Part shown: positions 12,481 through 25,660 of the stretch, piece after piece
Position numbering within the stretch: the first letter of the stretch is position 1
Layout of the letters: each line of letters begins with the position of its first letter
Assembly: GCA_024704765.1 (NCBI GenBank)
Contig: JAKMXF010000155.1
Span: forward strand, 1-64,000
Length of the DNA: 64,000 nucleotides
From: Oopsacas minuta
Lineage: Eukaryota; Animalia; Porifera
Direction of reading: 5' to 3'
The notes under the pieces: model-generated
What the model saw: the letters and a program-made list of their open reading frames with translations, nothing else
Database searches by the model: none
Told to the model about the DNA's origin: nothing
Program-made: the position numbers and the translations under genes

Positions 12481-15026
12481 CATAGTTATTAGTCATCATC
12501 CTACTAATTGTTGTAAGTATGCGTTGAATATAGCTAAGCGATCGGAAAAGTTTATTGACTAAATTTAACTCTACGTCATGAGATCAATTGATCCAAAGAA
12601 GTGTCATAGAGTAGGCATATACCTAAAATACTCGCTCATCATTTTGGTTTAAGCAAAGCTTGGTTCATTGTGTCTTATTGTAGAGAAAACGAGTTTGAAA
12701 GGAATCAGTACATCTGAACATTCAACAAAAGGTTCATTCATTCTACCAGTGCCATAAATAGCTCCATATGTTTCTGTCATCACCTTCTGTATAATTCACT
12801 AAAATTGAGAATAATGGAAACATATATTTTTTAGTTTCCGCACGCCATAAGCTTTCCAAAAGCTATTACATGCACTTCTACTAAATTCTAAGTGGGAACC
12901 CAAATTTGTTACAATTCAGCTCACCTTAAAATTTATGAAAAATAGTGATCATAGTGATCTGGTTGCCCCCGAAGCATTATACTACCAAGCTTTTGATTTG
13001 ATAATTGATTCACTTTTATACACTTCTCTTAGGCTTACTAGAAATCGGCCACCAGACCTCGGAAAATATCGGGATAAGCGTATCTCTAAAGGATCATTTT
13101 GTAAACGACCAGTTAAAATATAACAATACCCATCTGAGCACAGATTAGCTATTGCTCGATTGGTTTGAATTAATGCCTTAAACGTCTATTTAGATAATCC
13201 AAATGTATTAGACGTCATCCATTTTTCCCAACCAATCGCTTGAGTATCTTAAAAATTCCTAGTTTTCCGTAATTTGCAACGGTACTGAGCCTACAGTATT
13301 TGAGTGTTAGCGTTCTTTGGATTTAATAATTAGCCACCAATTATGAACATATTCAAGAAATGATGGAGTAGTTGTATCTTCTGGAAAGTAATTCCGCATG
13401 GCTGAAAACGTTGTTCTGCAAAATAGCGAGTGCAAAAGAGACGGATTGTTTGTTGTTCTCTGGTTGTAGAACTTGGTATGATATTTTTTGGGCTTTTTTT
13501 AGGTGGGCATTCAAGTTCATATCCTTTTCGTGAAGGGGATGAAGAGGTAACCAAGCGACAGTTCCAGGTGGAATGTTAAAGTTCAATTTTGTTTGAAAAT
13601 TTTATTCAGGACTAGATAATATTTTGAAGAGAGTAAATTGTTGCGCATATTTTTATGATATGAACAGTATCGAATAGTTGATAAATGTTTTTCTCTCTGT
13701 TAGAAGGATTCAATATGCACTCTGAACTTCTCGTAGATGGAAATTGTTCCAATTGCTTACCATAGTAACTAACATTGGTGGGATGGTTCTCAGATGTAAT
13801 TCCTCTAAGATAAAAATTATTCGGAGTAAGAATTTAAATGCAGCTAGTCATCCCAGAGCAAACGATATCACTTGATATTTTGGTAAAGGGAACTACTTTT
13901 ATCATGAATGGAACAGAAGAAGTTAAGGGCACGACCATGTAGCAGAGAATACTTCGGTGCATCTGAGAGTTGCTATCACATCCAGTAAGTGCCAGCCCAT
14001 CATACTGAACTTGTTGTCGCAAATACATTTCGTCCAAAAGGAAAATGGCATCATTACCAACTTGTTGATTATTTCGCAGAGTAACTATGCTTTGATAGTG
14101 TCAATATCTTGACTACTTAACTTGTGGAAACGAGAATAGCTAGGCAAAGGCAGAAAATATCGAAGGTAAGGATAAGCAGCATTTGAGGTATAGTGCATCA
14201 TTGATGCAAATCTCAAGGTTTTCATAGAATAGAGTGGTCTTCCTTTAGGGTTATAGTAACTTATCTAAAGTAGCTCTTTAAATATGTGAGTTTCAGTTGA
14301 AGGGCTTTGGTTTTTTTGTAATTAGGTAGATTCACAAGACGTATGCTTTCATAACTAAGTTTTACTTCGAATGAATCTTTTAAGCTTTTGCATTCCTTAA
14401 TGTAAGTGATTTCGTGAAGTATTTCGGCACGATAAGCAGTCACACATTTTCTAGAATTCTCGATATTGAAACCTATATATTCTGTAACAATATGAAAAAA
14501 TTCTGCGACGTCATCTAAAAATGTATATTCAAATAATGACTTGAACAATGGCATTTGGTCTGGTAGATAGATACGAACTTTGGGATCTTGTCTTGGTCTT
14601 TTGGGGACGACTCCCAGATTCTTTGGAATCGTTTCAGGGTGAATAGTGGTAATGGGGTGGAGAGCATAATTTAATCAAATTAGTTTTGGATTTCGTACGA
14701 GATAATTCTCATAGAAATGGTCTACAGAGATAACTGAGTATTTCGTAGGAGAAAATCCTTTAGATTGGTAAACTCTGTCCTCTTCGCTCGTAATTCATTA
14801 TTATCTGGAAACTTGAAAACCTGTTTACTTGTTTCTGAAGTTAAATAATTGTCTTGCAACCAGTAACAACATACTTGTTGGGCGTCAAGGAATAAGCATA
14901 ACCTATGTAAAATTACATAAAGATATGTCTAGTGCGATTCACTTTAGTTGTACACATATCCAGATGTTTGTTATAAGTAAATACCCGAAAGGCATACTTG
15001 AGTATTAGATTATGTATATAACTATG
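12481..15026 (-). mobile_element. P-element-type (THAP + transposase) remnant 1
   Basis: Minus-strand fragments: THAP-like VTGCK...VFKFPDNNEL...PTKYSVI..DHF (~14700-14885), MDEMYLRQQVQYDG (14037), QPENNKQSVSFALAI, and ILTGRLQNDPLE...SGGRFLVSLREV. Candidate CATAGTTAT termini at 12481 and 15026, but no matching 8-bp TSD, so boundaries are tentative. Confidence 0.75.
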
Positions 15027-15339
15027 GCTATTCTTCTTGTAAATCTCTCTCAAAAGAGCTGTCACGAGTGTCCAATTAAGAGGAGTCAATTGTAAAGTGA
15101 AAGAAATAATTATAACTGAGTTTGCGGATGTTTATAAACTACTTTCAAAGGAGATTGGTTGACATCATGGTTGATTTATAAAATATTTTATAATTAATAG
15201 GCAACCAAATATATTATCTTCTTATTCCTACATAGAGTGAAAAGATAATTATTTGTCCACGGTCGGCCTTCTATTATATTAGCCTTCTCGGCCTCTTCGA
15301 TAGCCGTATAATATACTAACCCCCCATGCTACTAGATTT

Positions 15340-16040
15340 GTTTGGCATGCATGGTGCCTATATTGAAGCAACTGATGAGTGCCAGTATTCACTTCAGGAG
15401 TTAAAACAAATCATGGATGAACTTTAGGAGGATACAGACCTAACCTTTACCCTTTCGTGGTTCAGTTGGAAATTGAAAAACACTATGGAGACCAGATTAT
15501 GTTTGCAGAGATTTCTGGAAATTCCAGTATTGTCACCTTCAAGTATTTTGCTCACAAGGTACTCCACCAGTAGTGGTTGAAAAAGATAAAATGATCCAAT
15601 GACAGATAAAGTCGCACCATGGATTTGGCAGAAGGATATTTATTGGAAGATATACGTACCACAGTCTACGACAACTCTACTTATCCTGAATTCGACGACC
15701 AAAGGTTCCCAAAATGATTCCTCAACAATATAGCGGTATTGCGAGGTATTCTAGTGTCAAAGCAGCGAGACCCCGATAATCCGTATTCCATCTGGTTCTC
15801 TCAATCGCTGTTTGCATCAACTAGAATTCGCTTCTAAGCAACTGTAGACATGCTGAGCATCCTGGGATATAGTGAAAGCTACATGGAGTTTAAAAGGTTA
15901 CACTCAGCACTTTCTACAGCAAAAGCTGCCTATAATATCTCAGGTTTCTCTCAATGTATTTTCGACAATGCAGATTTCTGCATCCACACCATAACAGAGT
16001 ATGGAACATTTCATTCTTTAGGGGGTTGTTGTGTTTAACG
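15340..16040 (+). mobile_element. Degenerate DNA-transposase remnant, tentatively Academ-like
   Basis: Fragments YIEATDECQYSLQEL, KHYGDQIMF, EDIRTTVYDNSTYP and SQCIFDNADFCIHTITEYGTFHSLGG match a DN-D...T..G..TFH.MG motif family I associate with large DDE transposases. The superfamily assignment is from memory. Confidence 0.4.
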
Positions 16041-17149
16041 CTTCCGCGTTCAATCTCATATGGTAGTTTTAAATCTATGCTCCACTAATACAGTTGACTC
16101 AATCCAGCACGCAACTCAACCAGGCACGTAACAGGACTAACTATAAGTGATCATGTACGATAAACTAATTCAAATTCTACAATACACTTGAATAAATATC
16201 GTAAACACATTTACACGTGAAAGATATTTTGAATTCTCCAATTATGGCCAAAATCAGAAGAAAGAATGTCATCAATACTCAGTTGATAATCTAAATTAGG
16301 TTCCATGGCTTTATTGAATAATCAGCATGTCCAATTTACATACTCGTCTAACAAGTATTCTCCAATGAAGAGATAAAACCATCAAGGTTGTGTGACCACT
16401 TGGAAACATCCTGATAAAATACAAGGACATAAATATTTTCCAATATCTATTCTAGCAATCTCCAAATCGCAAATCTATTGATAAAATGTTAAATCATGGC
16501 TTACAATAGATAAGGCTTCATAACTATTTTATGATATAATTAGATTATGAAGGTGGAATACCCTCCATAGTCTGATATTAGTAGAAATGAGAAAATTTTC
16601 GGATAAATGGAGGGGAAATCTCAAAAATGACCGATTAGACAGGTAGAAATTACATATTCGATATTAATGAAATTGGCGGATTACGGAGTAGAAAGGTTCG
16701 GATTATTGAGTTTAATTTCAAATAACATTTGAACCTCTGTCACATCAGAGATGTTATAGTGACAACCAGAGGCACCGAGAAGATTTGCGCCCACTCTTGA
16801 AATTCAAACCCAGATGTTCACATATTTATACGAATCCATATTTCTTTATGAGTCTTCTTAATTTGTGGTTGATTCGCACCAAAAATATCTTTCAACTCGT
16901 GCTTAATTTACACTCACTAGAAAATCTTAGAGTTCTTCTTATTGCATGTAGACCTAGAGTTTTTTGCACTAGTTATACACGCGCGTCCAGCTGTCGATCG
17001 TAGGATTTACGTCCCCTTGATGTGGAGTTGATAAGGGACGAGATGGCTTAGTATCGGTGACATTTGCAAAGATGCCAACCTGGTGTATCGCCAATCCAAA
17101 CCTCTTACACACTAGACATTTCTCTCACCAATCCTCACTTTCATTCACA

Positions 17150-20100
17150 GCAATTAAATGTAAAGCCAGCTGAATAAAAATTCATTTAGAAAGTTAGTTA
17201 CCAAGTTGCCGATTAATATGTTATGTTGTTCAATTATTACAATATTCATCAGAGATAAATAGTAGCTTGAAATACGCGATCTGAAGGCCAAATAACAGAT
17301 CATCAATCAATCAATGATATTAAAATGAATTAACTCTCTAGTCTCCTTAAATTCAAAGGTTTTGTGCTCAGATAATACTTTCAGGCAAGCATCACATTTA
17401 CAGGGTGTCCCATAATTATTGTCGTATCCGATACTTGTAGATATTCGTTTACTGTATTTCCAGTTTGCTTTCAATTTGTATACTTTTCTTATACAAGTAC
17501 TAGTGTGAATTATCATTAGAATTTATCTGGAACCTTATATTTTCTCCAGTGAATTTATCACAATCGAGTATTTGATCAACTTGTGTAATTATTTCATCAT
17601 GAATGTCAAAAATTCCTCCGAAACTCTTCGTAACAGGGCAGTCGGAATGATTATTGGTGGGATGGTGCAGAAAGATGTTGCTAAGACCTTAGAAAAACCA
17701 CTCAGAACGATACAGCGTTGGTGGGCATGATATAGATGAGGTCAAGATCTAGGACATAAGGTCGGTGCTGGGCGTCCAAAAACGATCACAAGGGAGGCGA
17801 AGATAGTTATATCAAAATCTCTTGGCAAAATTCGTCAATCCACTAGAAAGATCGCGATAAAACTCAAGCGAAAGGGTTATGGTATCTCTAAATCGACTGT
17901 TCACCGCTATTTGAAGGAAACGATTAGAGCGACTGCCTATAAAAGACCCAAAATTCCCAAATTGACTGAAAAACAGAGGGAAACCGGCTAAATTTTTGTA
18001 TTGAAAGGGAAAATTGGAATTTGGATGAGTGGAAACGAGTCCTATGGAGTGATGAATCACCATATGAACTATTTCATCCCAGTTCCGCCCAAAATGATAG
18101 GGTTTGGTCCACTGACAGCTCCAAAGTACCACCTCGTGAAGTTATCAAAACCCCCCCAAAAGTGATGGTCTGGGCCATTATGAGCTATCGTGGCCTCTCA
18201 GAATTACATTTCGTTCCTCCTAAACAGACTGTAAACTCTCAATATTATGTAGAAGAGATATTGGAAAAATCTTATCGACTTGCGGTGGGTCGTTCAAAAA
18301 CGGCAGGCAGCATTCTGACCAGGAAATTACTACCTAACATGTCTCGGGCCATATTTATGCAAGACGGGGCACCAGCACACACTGCCAGTCGCACACAGGA
18401 ATGGTGCAAAAACAACATGCCCACTTTCTGGGCCAAAGGGGAATGGCCTGGCAATTCACCGGATTTAAATACGATAGAAAATCTATGGAGTATTTTACAG
18501 GAGAAGTTGAATGAGATGAAACCCTCAACCAATCTCAATCAGTTAGCAGAAAATCTCAAAAGTGGCTGAAGGGACATTAATCCATTGATCTTGGAAAATT
18601 TAGTTGCTGGAATGCCAGCACGTATTGGTAAATGTATACAATTGAAAGGAGGATATATTGGAAAATAATTGTCTTCTTTTCTCAATTAATGGCAATAATA
18701 ACATAAGATGAAGGATACGACAATAATTATGGGACACCCTGTACATCTTTGAAATTGGAGTGCACTACATAGCCAGTTACAAAAGCCAAAGTTTGTAAAG
18801 TTTTAAGTTGTATAGCAGATATATCCTTTAGTTCAAAAGTGTAGTCAGACAGATTCAAGTTGGAGTCAGAATGTACCTTTACAGAAGAAAATAATGAGGC
18901 AAGTAAAGGCTATTTCAGGAGCACCAGTAGTATTACGTATATAACTCCAAAATAGTTGTTAGTGTCAATCTGTGCTCAGTCTCAATTATCTGACAATAAA
19001 TTATAAGAGAATTTCCACATCCATCAGTTTGTATAGGTCAAAATGATGCTCTAACTGATCATTTTGAAGGAAAGAAGTTAGAACATGCGAATCCGCAAGT
19101 TTCAATTAGATAATAAACTATTCTCATTAGAGCAACTGATGAAGATTTCAAACTTGAATGCTGCTTGCTTAACTTTCCACTATCTGGAGAATCTTTCCAA
19201 TTGTCAAACCATATCACAACATCACTAAAGAAACTAAATAAACAAAGTCTTGAATCATTGTTTGTAAGTGGTAAAGAACAAGGGTCCTTTAGGTGTATTC
19301 CTTTAAAGAGGGTATTGAATTAATTATTTTCCAAATATTACATCGTATTTTGATGGAATCTGAAGTTGAGTTAAATATTTAGGATTATTTTTGGAAGAAT
19401 TATGAATAGCTAGAGCTACTGAAGTAGATTCATTAAAAATTCTTAGAGCAATATCACCATTTTGACGTTAAAGTGGAGGCCAGTAGGAATTTGATTTGAG
19501 AAGAGCTAATTGAAAAAATATTATTTTGCTCAGATCTATACAGGTGACGAATTTCTTCAAATAATGCAATCTTGATTATGTCAATGTTATCAAACCAAGG
19601 GTATCGAAAAGTATTATTTACGTCTTTTAGAATGAGCCAGTTATTTCGTATAGAATTCAGTATGTGAACGAAATCAAACAGGAGAAATATAAACGATTAA
19701 ATTCACAAGGATGTGGGAGAACACAATCCAACAACCAGGCAGAATACAAGGAATGACATTTTCTACTAGTTTAGCCTCTGAACGAGCAATATACTGTATA
19801 GAGCCTTCAGCTTGTTGTTTTCAAAGGTTCGTAATTTATCTTCTTCACTCAATGCTTAATACATACGCAAACGATATTTAAGTCGGATGCATCCTCCCCA
19901 TATATTGCTCGTAGGCGAAGATATGGGTATAAAATACTGGTATATAATCTTCACCTTTGTAATTAGATCTGCAATGTGGGACAGAACATGTATTGGCCAT
20001 TATTAGGGACTATGAGTTAAAGAGTAACCAAAGTGAGCTAAATATAGAATATAAATAACAAAATGTAAAAGAGGTATATATAATTAGAACACAATGAAAA

Positions 20101-20400
20101 AAATGAGGAGATACACAAACACTAAAGAAGTACTTTGCTAATAATCAGTAGTAAAATTACTAATATATGGAAAAAGTAAGAAGAAATTAATAAAGAAGAT
20201 TTTTCTGAAAATTATGGTAGGACAAAAATATATACCCTTGATGTCCATCCATGGTTTTTGTGTGCCTAGGACTTTTGTTGATGTCACGAAATAACATACT
20301 TATTTGTGCCAAAGGTACTTTTAATATTGTCGCTACTAATAGACATCCCTATGTAGATAATGTCAAAAGGTGTGAAAACCGCAAACATCACAAAAAATGG
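17150..20400 (-). mobile_element. P-element-type transposase remnant 2, interrupted by a Tc1-type insertion
   Basis: Minus-strand fragments NSIRNNWLILKDVNNTFRYP, RQNGDIALRIFNESTSVAL, LQNDQLEHHF and LAFVTGYVVHSNFKDV|KCDACLKVL. The last motif reads through once 17401-18741 and one TA are removed. Outer boundaries are approximate. Confidence 0.75.
17401..18741 (+). mobile_element. Tc1/mariner element with DD37E triad (TRT-like), full length, defective
   Basis: Perfect 29-bp TIRs CAGGGTGTCCCATAATTATTGTCGTATCC; TA at 17399-17400 and 18742-18743. The transposase (~17599-18668) has WSDES, QDGAPAH and SPDLNTIE with 37 residues between D2 and E, plus stops at 17728, 17737 and 18567 and a frameshift near 17985. 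Confidence 0.93.
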
Positions 20401-20496
20401 TATCCCAATATGATGAATGAAATCCCATATACCACTTCCTAATCAACAATAATCTACTAAATACTAATACAACTACTGGTTTTCGAGATATCAATA

Positions 20497-20741
20497 CAGT
20501 ATACCGTCGATAATCCGAATACAACTGTTCCGATGGTTCAGGTTGCGAAATGTATTGAACAATACTATAGAATCAGGGAGGACTCTTTCGACAGATGCAC
20601 AAACAATGGAATGGGGGAACATACGTAATTATTGATCTGTAGTAAAGTTGGATATAAATTGACTATGTGTTACAATTGAAACAATTTTCCAGAGATTGTA
20701 TAAGCTCTGGGCGCCTATTCGGATTAGCGAGGGGTCTGCTG
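20497..20741. mobile_element. pogo/Tigger-like MITE
   Basis: Imperfect TIRs CAGTATACCGTCGATAATCCGAATA / TATTCGGATTAGCGAGGGGTCTGCTG, with TA flanks. Confidence 0.6.
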
Positions 20742-21199
20742 TATTAACACACTGACAATTACTTGATATAGAGTCAACATAAATTTAACACAAGTTCACT
20801 GTCCAGGTAGTTTAGAAGTCCATGGATAAACAAAATATTACATAATTATTTATTCATAAACATAATATATTCTAATTAAATGATGGTACTAAAAGCACAC
20901 TCGAAATCTTAGTTGACTAATTTATAGAATTATGGGAAATAATTATGAATTACTCAAAGCATAAATTACACAAAATTTCAAAACTAAAGAGTGACTAGAT
21001 AAACCGGTCGTTTGATAGGTTAACATATTCATTTACAGGATGTTTCGGTTTGAACAAGATGGGATGAAATATATTTCAAATTGAAAAATAAATTTTCAGA
21101 AATTCATTGAGTAATCCATCAATTAGTTAAATCAGCTCCCAAAGCTTGATGTAAACTAATTTGAGATAAATACCTTTAATGTATGAAAAATTGGAGTGG

Positions 21200-22100
21200 A
21201 GTAAAATACTTCAGATCCTTTGATAGAAAACTTGGAAGTAGTCTCTCTCCAAATCTTATTAAAATGTTTCTTAGCATTTTTCCACTCTTGAACTCTTTCA
21301 TTTAGGCGATCTAAGATGATTGGAACCACTAGAGTAGGCGATGACAATATCGCGATGTATATATCATCGATTCTTTCACCATAGAGTCTAAGATAAGAAA
21401 AACAAAATATCCGAATAAAAAGAATAAAAGAATAAATTTGAAAATATATTTTAAAACGAAAGAGCGTATTATTCTTAATTGAATAAGTTTTATCTGCCAT
21501 GGAATGGGGGCTTGTGGACTTCAAAATGACTATCCAGATAATTTTCAATATCTTGAGTACTCAGGAAGTGAGCCCATGCCTGATTTCATTACATTATACT
21601 TAGGTAAATAATAGTCCTATTAAGACATCGGTGAAAAATAGTAAGAAACTCATAGGGACAATACACCATAATTGTAATCGTTAACCAAAAGAACTCATAT
21701 TACACGAATTAATTGAGGACGGAGGAGTAATGAAAAATTTAAAAATACCTCTGCAAAGTGGACCTCAAAAAAGAGTGCGAAGTAGTGCACAACAGACAAA
21801 CTTTTGAATATACAGAGATAGTTGAGTTTTGAAAACATTTTCTAAAATAACTTATCGTATTTTTTGCTGTCTCAATTACAATATCCAGCTCAAAACGTTC
21901 TTCTTCACATCTGAGAATAGCTTCTTCAGCTGGCAGCCTCGTAGAGCAATAAAAAGAGTGATCATCTTTATTATTTGGAAACTGAACAAAGAAATCATTA
22001 ATAATTGCATCCACATTCATACTATTGGATGACTTTTGAAAATTGTACTTGATTTCACGTAAACGATAGCTTATCCCAGGTTCTCTTGATGTATGAATAC
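21200..22100 (-). pseudogene. Divergent SIN3-like (HDAC-interaction domain) exons; gene or pseudogene status unresolved
   Basis: The frame open from 22100 gives EPGISYRL...IINDFFVQFPNNKDDHSF...AEEAILRCEEERFELDIVIET (SIN3A: GASYRAL...VLNDTWVSFPSWSEDSTF...[21 protein letters not shown]). After an AG acceptor at 21389-21388 it gives LYGERIDDIYIAILSSPTLVVPIILDRLNERVQEWKNAKKHFNKIWRE (SIN3A: IYADKAADII...[32 protein letters not shown]). I could not build a clean splice path between the two blocks. Confidence 0.75.
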
Positions 22101-23372
22101 CTATTATGAATATTACAAGTCATCGAAATTCTGAAAATGGGAATAAATATACAATTTATTAAATGAGTTCTGAAAGTCCAGGAGTAGCAAAGAAGAAACT
22201 AGCCTTGAATTACAAATTCAAAGAGAAATTAACAATTTTACTTAGCAAAGTGATGGCTGTACTATATAGGGTTTTAAATATGTATCAGAGCTATATGAAA
22301 TCATTGCTTCAGAATTTCTGAAATAAGAACGTTAGTATGAGGAAATTTACTATTATTCTACTAGTATGTTTAATTGTGAAGTTCAAGGAAAAATATATAT
22401 GTTAAATAAGACCAGAAAGGCTGTTGATGTAGAACATGGCCTACTAAAATACGACCAAACATGCTGCCGAATCATGGTAGAGAATAATAGTCCAGCTTTT
22501 GAAGAGTAGAAATATGTAAAGGTTGATAAACTAAAACACATGTGATAGGCCCTAGGAATGTATTATCAACAAATAGAAACATAGTAAAAAAAGTAGCATA
22601 TTTGTGGTAAAATATGTGAGTAGTCATCATGTGGTTGCGGAATGGTATATTTCTATTTCAAGAAATGCAAGTTTCTAAACTCTATCTAGACATTATTTTC
22701 AATATCAGCAATATCTGACTGTATACTCTCCTTTCATATCGGTCAAAATATAAATAACTCAAAAGATATTAAATCACTCCATTGAAATATTTAAATCGTT
22801 AATGTGAAGTAATATATTGCAGAAACACTAGTATCAACTATAGATTGATAGGATATAGAGTTTTTGAGTGATGGCCTCAATATGACAAAATGAATTTCCT
22901 TAGCAACGAAAGAATGTGATCATATTCCGATCATGTTATTGAATTTTGGAATCAACTACATTAATCCATCAAAGTATACGTATAACAATCAAACTTTACA
23001 GATATTGAAATCAATCTCTAAATACCGCTATAACATTTGAGGGATTGGGACATAAATTAATTCTTTAGTAATATTAGGCAAAACTCAAGCTGCTCTACTC
23101 GTTAAAAAGTTCAGACATGATATTCAATAAGGTTACCTATTTTCCCAGTTATAGTTTAATGATAATACAAGCGTGCTTCAATTTTATTATCCATGGTCCA
23201 TCTAAATTAGATATAATGGCCTCTGTCGTACCACTGGAGCTGATACGTGGCTTTAGGTACGTAATCAAAGAATATCACACGTCGAAAATAGTAGAACTCG
23301 GTTAAGACGTATTAGGCTTAAATCGTACTCTCGGATAAGACCTACTTGTCTCAAATTGAATGTACTGAATAA

Positions 23373-25660
23373 GACAACTCAACAAGATTTCTCATCAGAG
23401 ATCACATACATTTATCTTAGCATACTTTTGAATGCTGAACTCGAATCTGCAATCAGAATTTCCCTAGCACGTCTAGTTATTCTGAAATCCAATTTCCATT
23501 TTTTCAATAGTATAGTATTACCTAGTTACTAAATTGCAATATGACCATGCCTATTTTGATTCAATTATCTGGAATATAAATGACTTTACTTATTTGAATT
23601 CAAGCAAATCAAATTATAAACATGCATCGTAATTGTAGAACTCATCCCGACAATTTCTGTTACGTTTGTGGTCTTTTTTGCGTAAAATCACAAAGACGAC
23701 CAATCACAAATCAATTAAAGAACATATACAAATTGTACTTCGAATGTCCACTTGGTGACCAAGACAAGTCGTGGGCACCACATGTTATATGCACTTCTTG
23801 TTCAAGAGGACTACGTGATTGGTTGAACAAAATGAAAGTTTCAATGCCATTTGCAATACCCATGGTCTGGAGGGAACAGAACAATCACCTTGATGATTGT
23901 TACTTTTGCCTTATCGACATTACAGGATTCTCAGCCAAGAATAAGCACGCTCTTGTTTACCCAGACTTGGATTCTGCTCGCAGGCCAATTCCACACGACA
24001 TCTCATTACCAATCCCAATTCCCAAGCCACAGCAAATTAAAATCGGGTCTGATATGGTGGAAGATGTTCATGCAGATTCTACAGATGCTAATTATGCCCC
24101 GGAAGATGAATTACTAGAGCCACAAACATTTACACAGGGAGAATTGAATGACCTGGTCAGGAATCTAGACTTATCTAAAGACAAAGCTGAATTCCTTGCA
24201 TCCAGGCTCAAACAGAAAAACCTACTCGACAAAGATGTGCTAGTATCCCACTATCGCAAGCGAAATTTCGATCTCGCTCAATACTACACCACTGATGGTC
24301 CACTATGCTATTGTAATGATATCGAAGGCCTCTATGCAAACCTATTACAAGAACATTCTTCCTTCGATTGGCGCCTTTTCATCGACTCGTCAAAACGCAG
24401 TTTGAAAGCTGTTCTGTTGCATAACGGAAATATAAAGCCTGGCGTTCCAATTGCTCACTCGTCTATCTCAAAGAAACCTTCGTCAATTTGCAGGAAGTTT
24501 TGGAGGCAATACAGTATAGAACACATATATGGAATATCTACGGTGATCTGAAGATAATTGGGCTATTGATGGGCTTGCAACAAGGTTTTACAAAGTATTG
24601 TTGTTTCCTATGTCTATGGGACAGCCGAGTAACTGGTGAACATTATAAAAAATGTGATTGGCCGAAGAGAACCTATGAAGTGGGGAAAACCAATTTACAG
24701 CATTCGCCATTGGTACATCCAAACAAAGTTTTCTTATCCCCACTTCATATTAAACTTGGATTAATGAAAACATTCGTTAAAACAATGGGCAAAACAAATT
24801 CAGCAGGATTTCTGCATTTGGTAGGCAAATTTCCGAAACTAAGCGAGGCAAAGTTAAAAGAGGGAGTATTTGTAAGACCACAAATCAGACAAGTATTCAG
24901 AGATGCAGATTTCGAGAAGACATTATCCGAATTAGAAATGAGTGCTTGGAATTCTTTCAAATGGGTTTGTGAAAACTTTTTGGGCAACAAGAAGTCGTCT
25001 AATTACAGAGAAGGAGTGGAAACCTTGCTTAACGCATACGAGAAGATGGGCTGTCGCATGTCGCTAAAACTTCACTTCTTGCACTCTCACCTTGATTTTT
25101 CCCTGAGAACCTTGGTGCTGTAAGTGATGAACAGGGTGAGAGATTCCACCAAGACATACAGGAGATGGAAACCCGATACCAAGGTTTCTGGAATGAGGGC
25201 ATGATGTCCGATTACTGTTGGAGGCTTTTCAGAGATAATCCCAACAAGATATATAAAAGGAAGTCGTACTCTCAACACTTTTAATTTAGTTAGCTACCTT
25301 TATACTTCTAGATGGATATGTATTTCCCCTTAGTTTGTGAGTAGTTAATACATACATGAATGTGAATAATTATATGTAAGAGCTGGGATAATAACTGATA
25401 TTACTTGGCATTAATCTAAAACATCGAAACGTTGATTTATTTTAGATGGCTATCATGTAAGAAGACAAAAAGACAGCCACTACCATAAAATAACAGGAAA
25501 AATTTAGGAAATACATAAAAATCGTTGACTTGTAGATGGAAAAAAACTGGATGTGTTGGAAAGAATCTGAAAGCAGATTTGAATTCAGCCTAAAAAACTA
25601 GCTTAGAGATGTCAATCTAATACTTGATGAGAATATGAAGTTAAGTTTTGTTGACCTGTG
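23373..25660 (+). mobile_element. Chapaev3-type DNA transposon, full length (2288 bp), defective
   Basis: TAA TSD at 23370-23372 and 25661-25663. The right end is ...GACCTGTG; the left end is GACAACTC (CAC in the copy at 1-204). Imperfect subterminal inverted similarity; a single transposase ORF region. Confidence 0.8.
23622..25284 (+). pseudogene. Chapaev3-type transposase with two -1 frameshifts
   Basis: N-terminal zinc motif CYVCG...DQDKSWAPHVICTSC...W...CYFC, then FIDSS, GDLK, LHIKLG, KLHFLHSH and SDEQGERFHQD...DYCW to TAA at 25282-25284. Single-base losses near 24470 and 25100 split it across three frames. Confidence 0.85.

Noticed and set aside
17040-17100. TGGCTTAGTATCGGT resembling a tRNA/SINE A box
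   Set aside because: No convincing B box or cloverleaf.
17728-17739. Two nearby TGA stops as a sign of CpG-methylation decay
   Set aside because: The ancestral codons are unknown without a consensus, and two sites cannot establish a signature.
17812-18538. Antisense and alternate-frame ORFs over transposases (also 3370, 10197, 25979, 37649, 47779, 48165, 62529)
   Set aside because: They are shadows of transposase coding sequence.
19880-19930. LRAIYGEDASDL resembling a second SIN3 IYGDKA motif
   Set aside because: A short match within the P-element remnant region, with no supporting flanking similarity.
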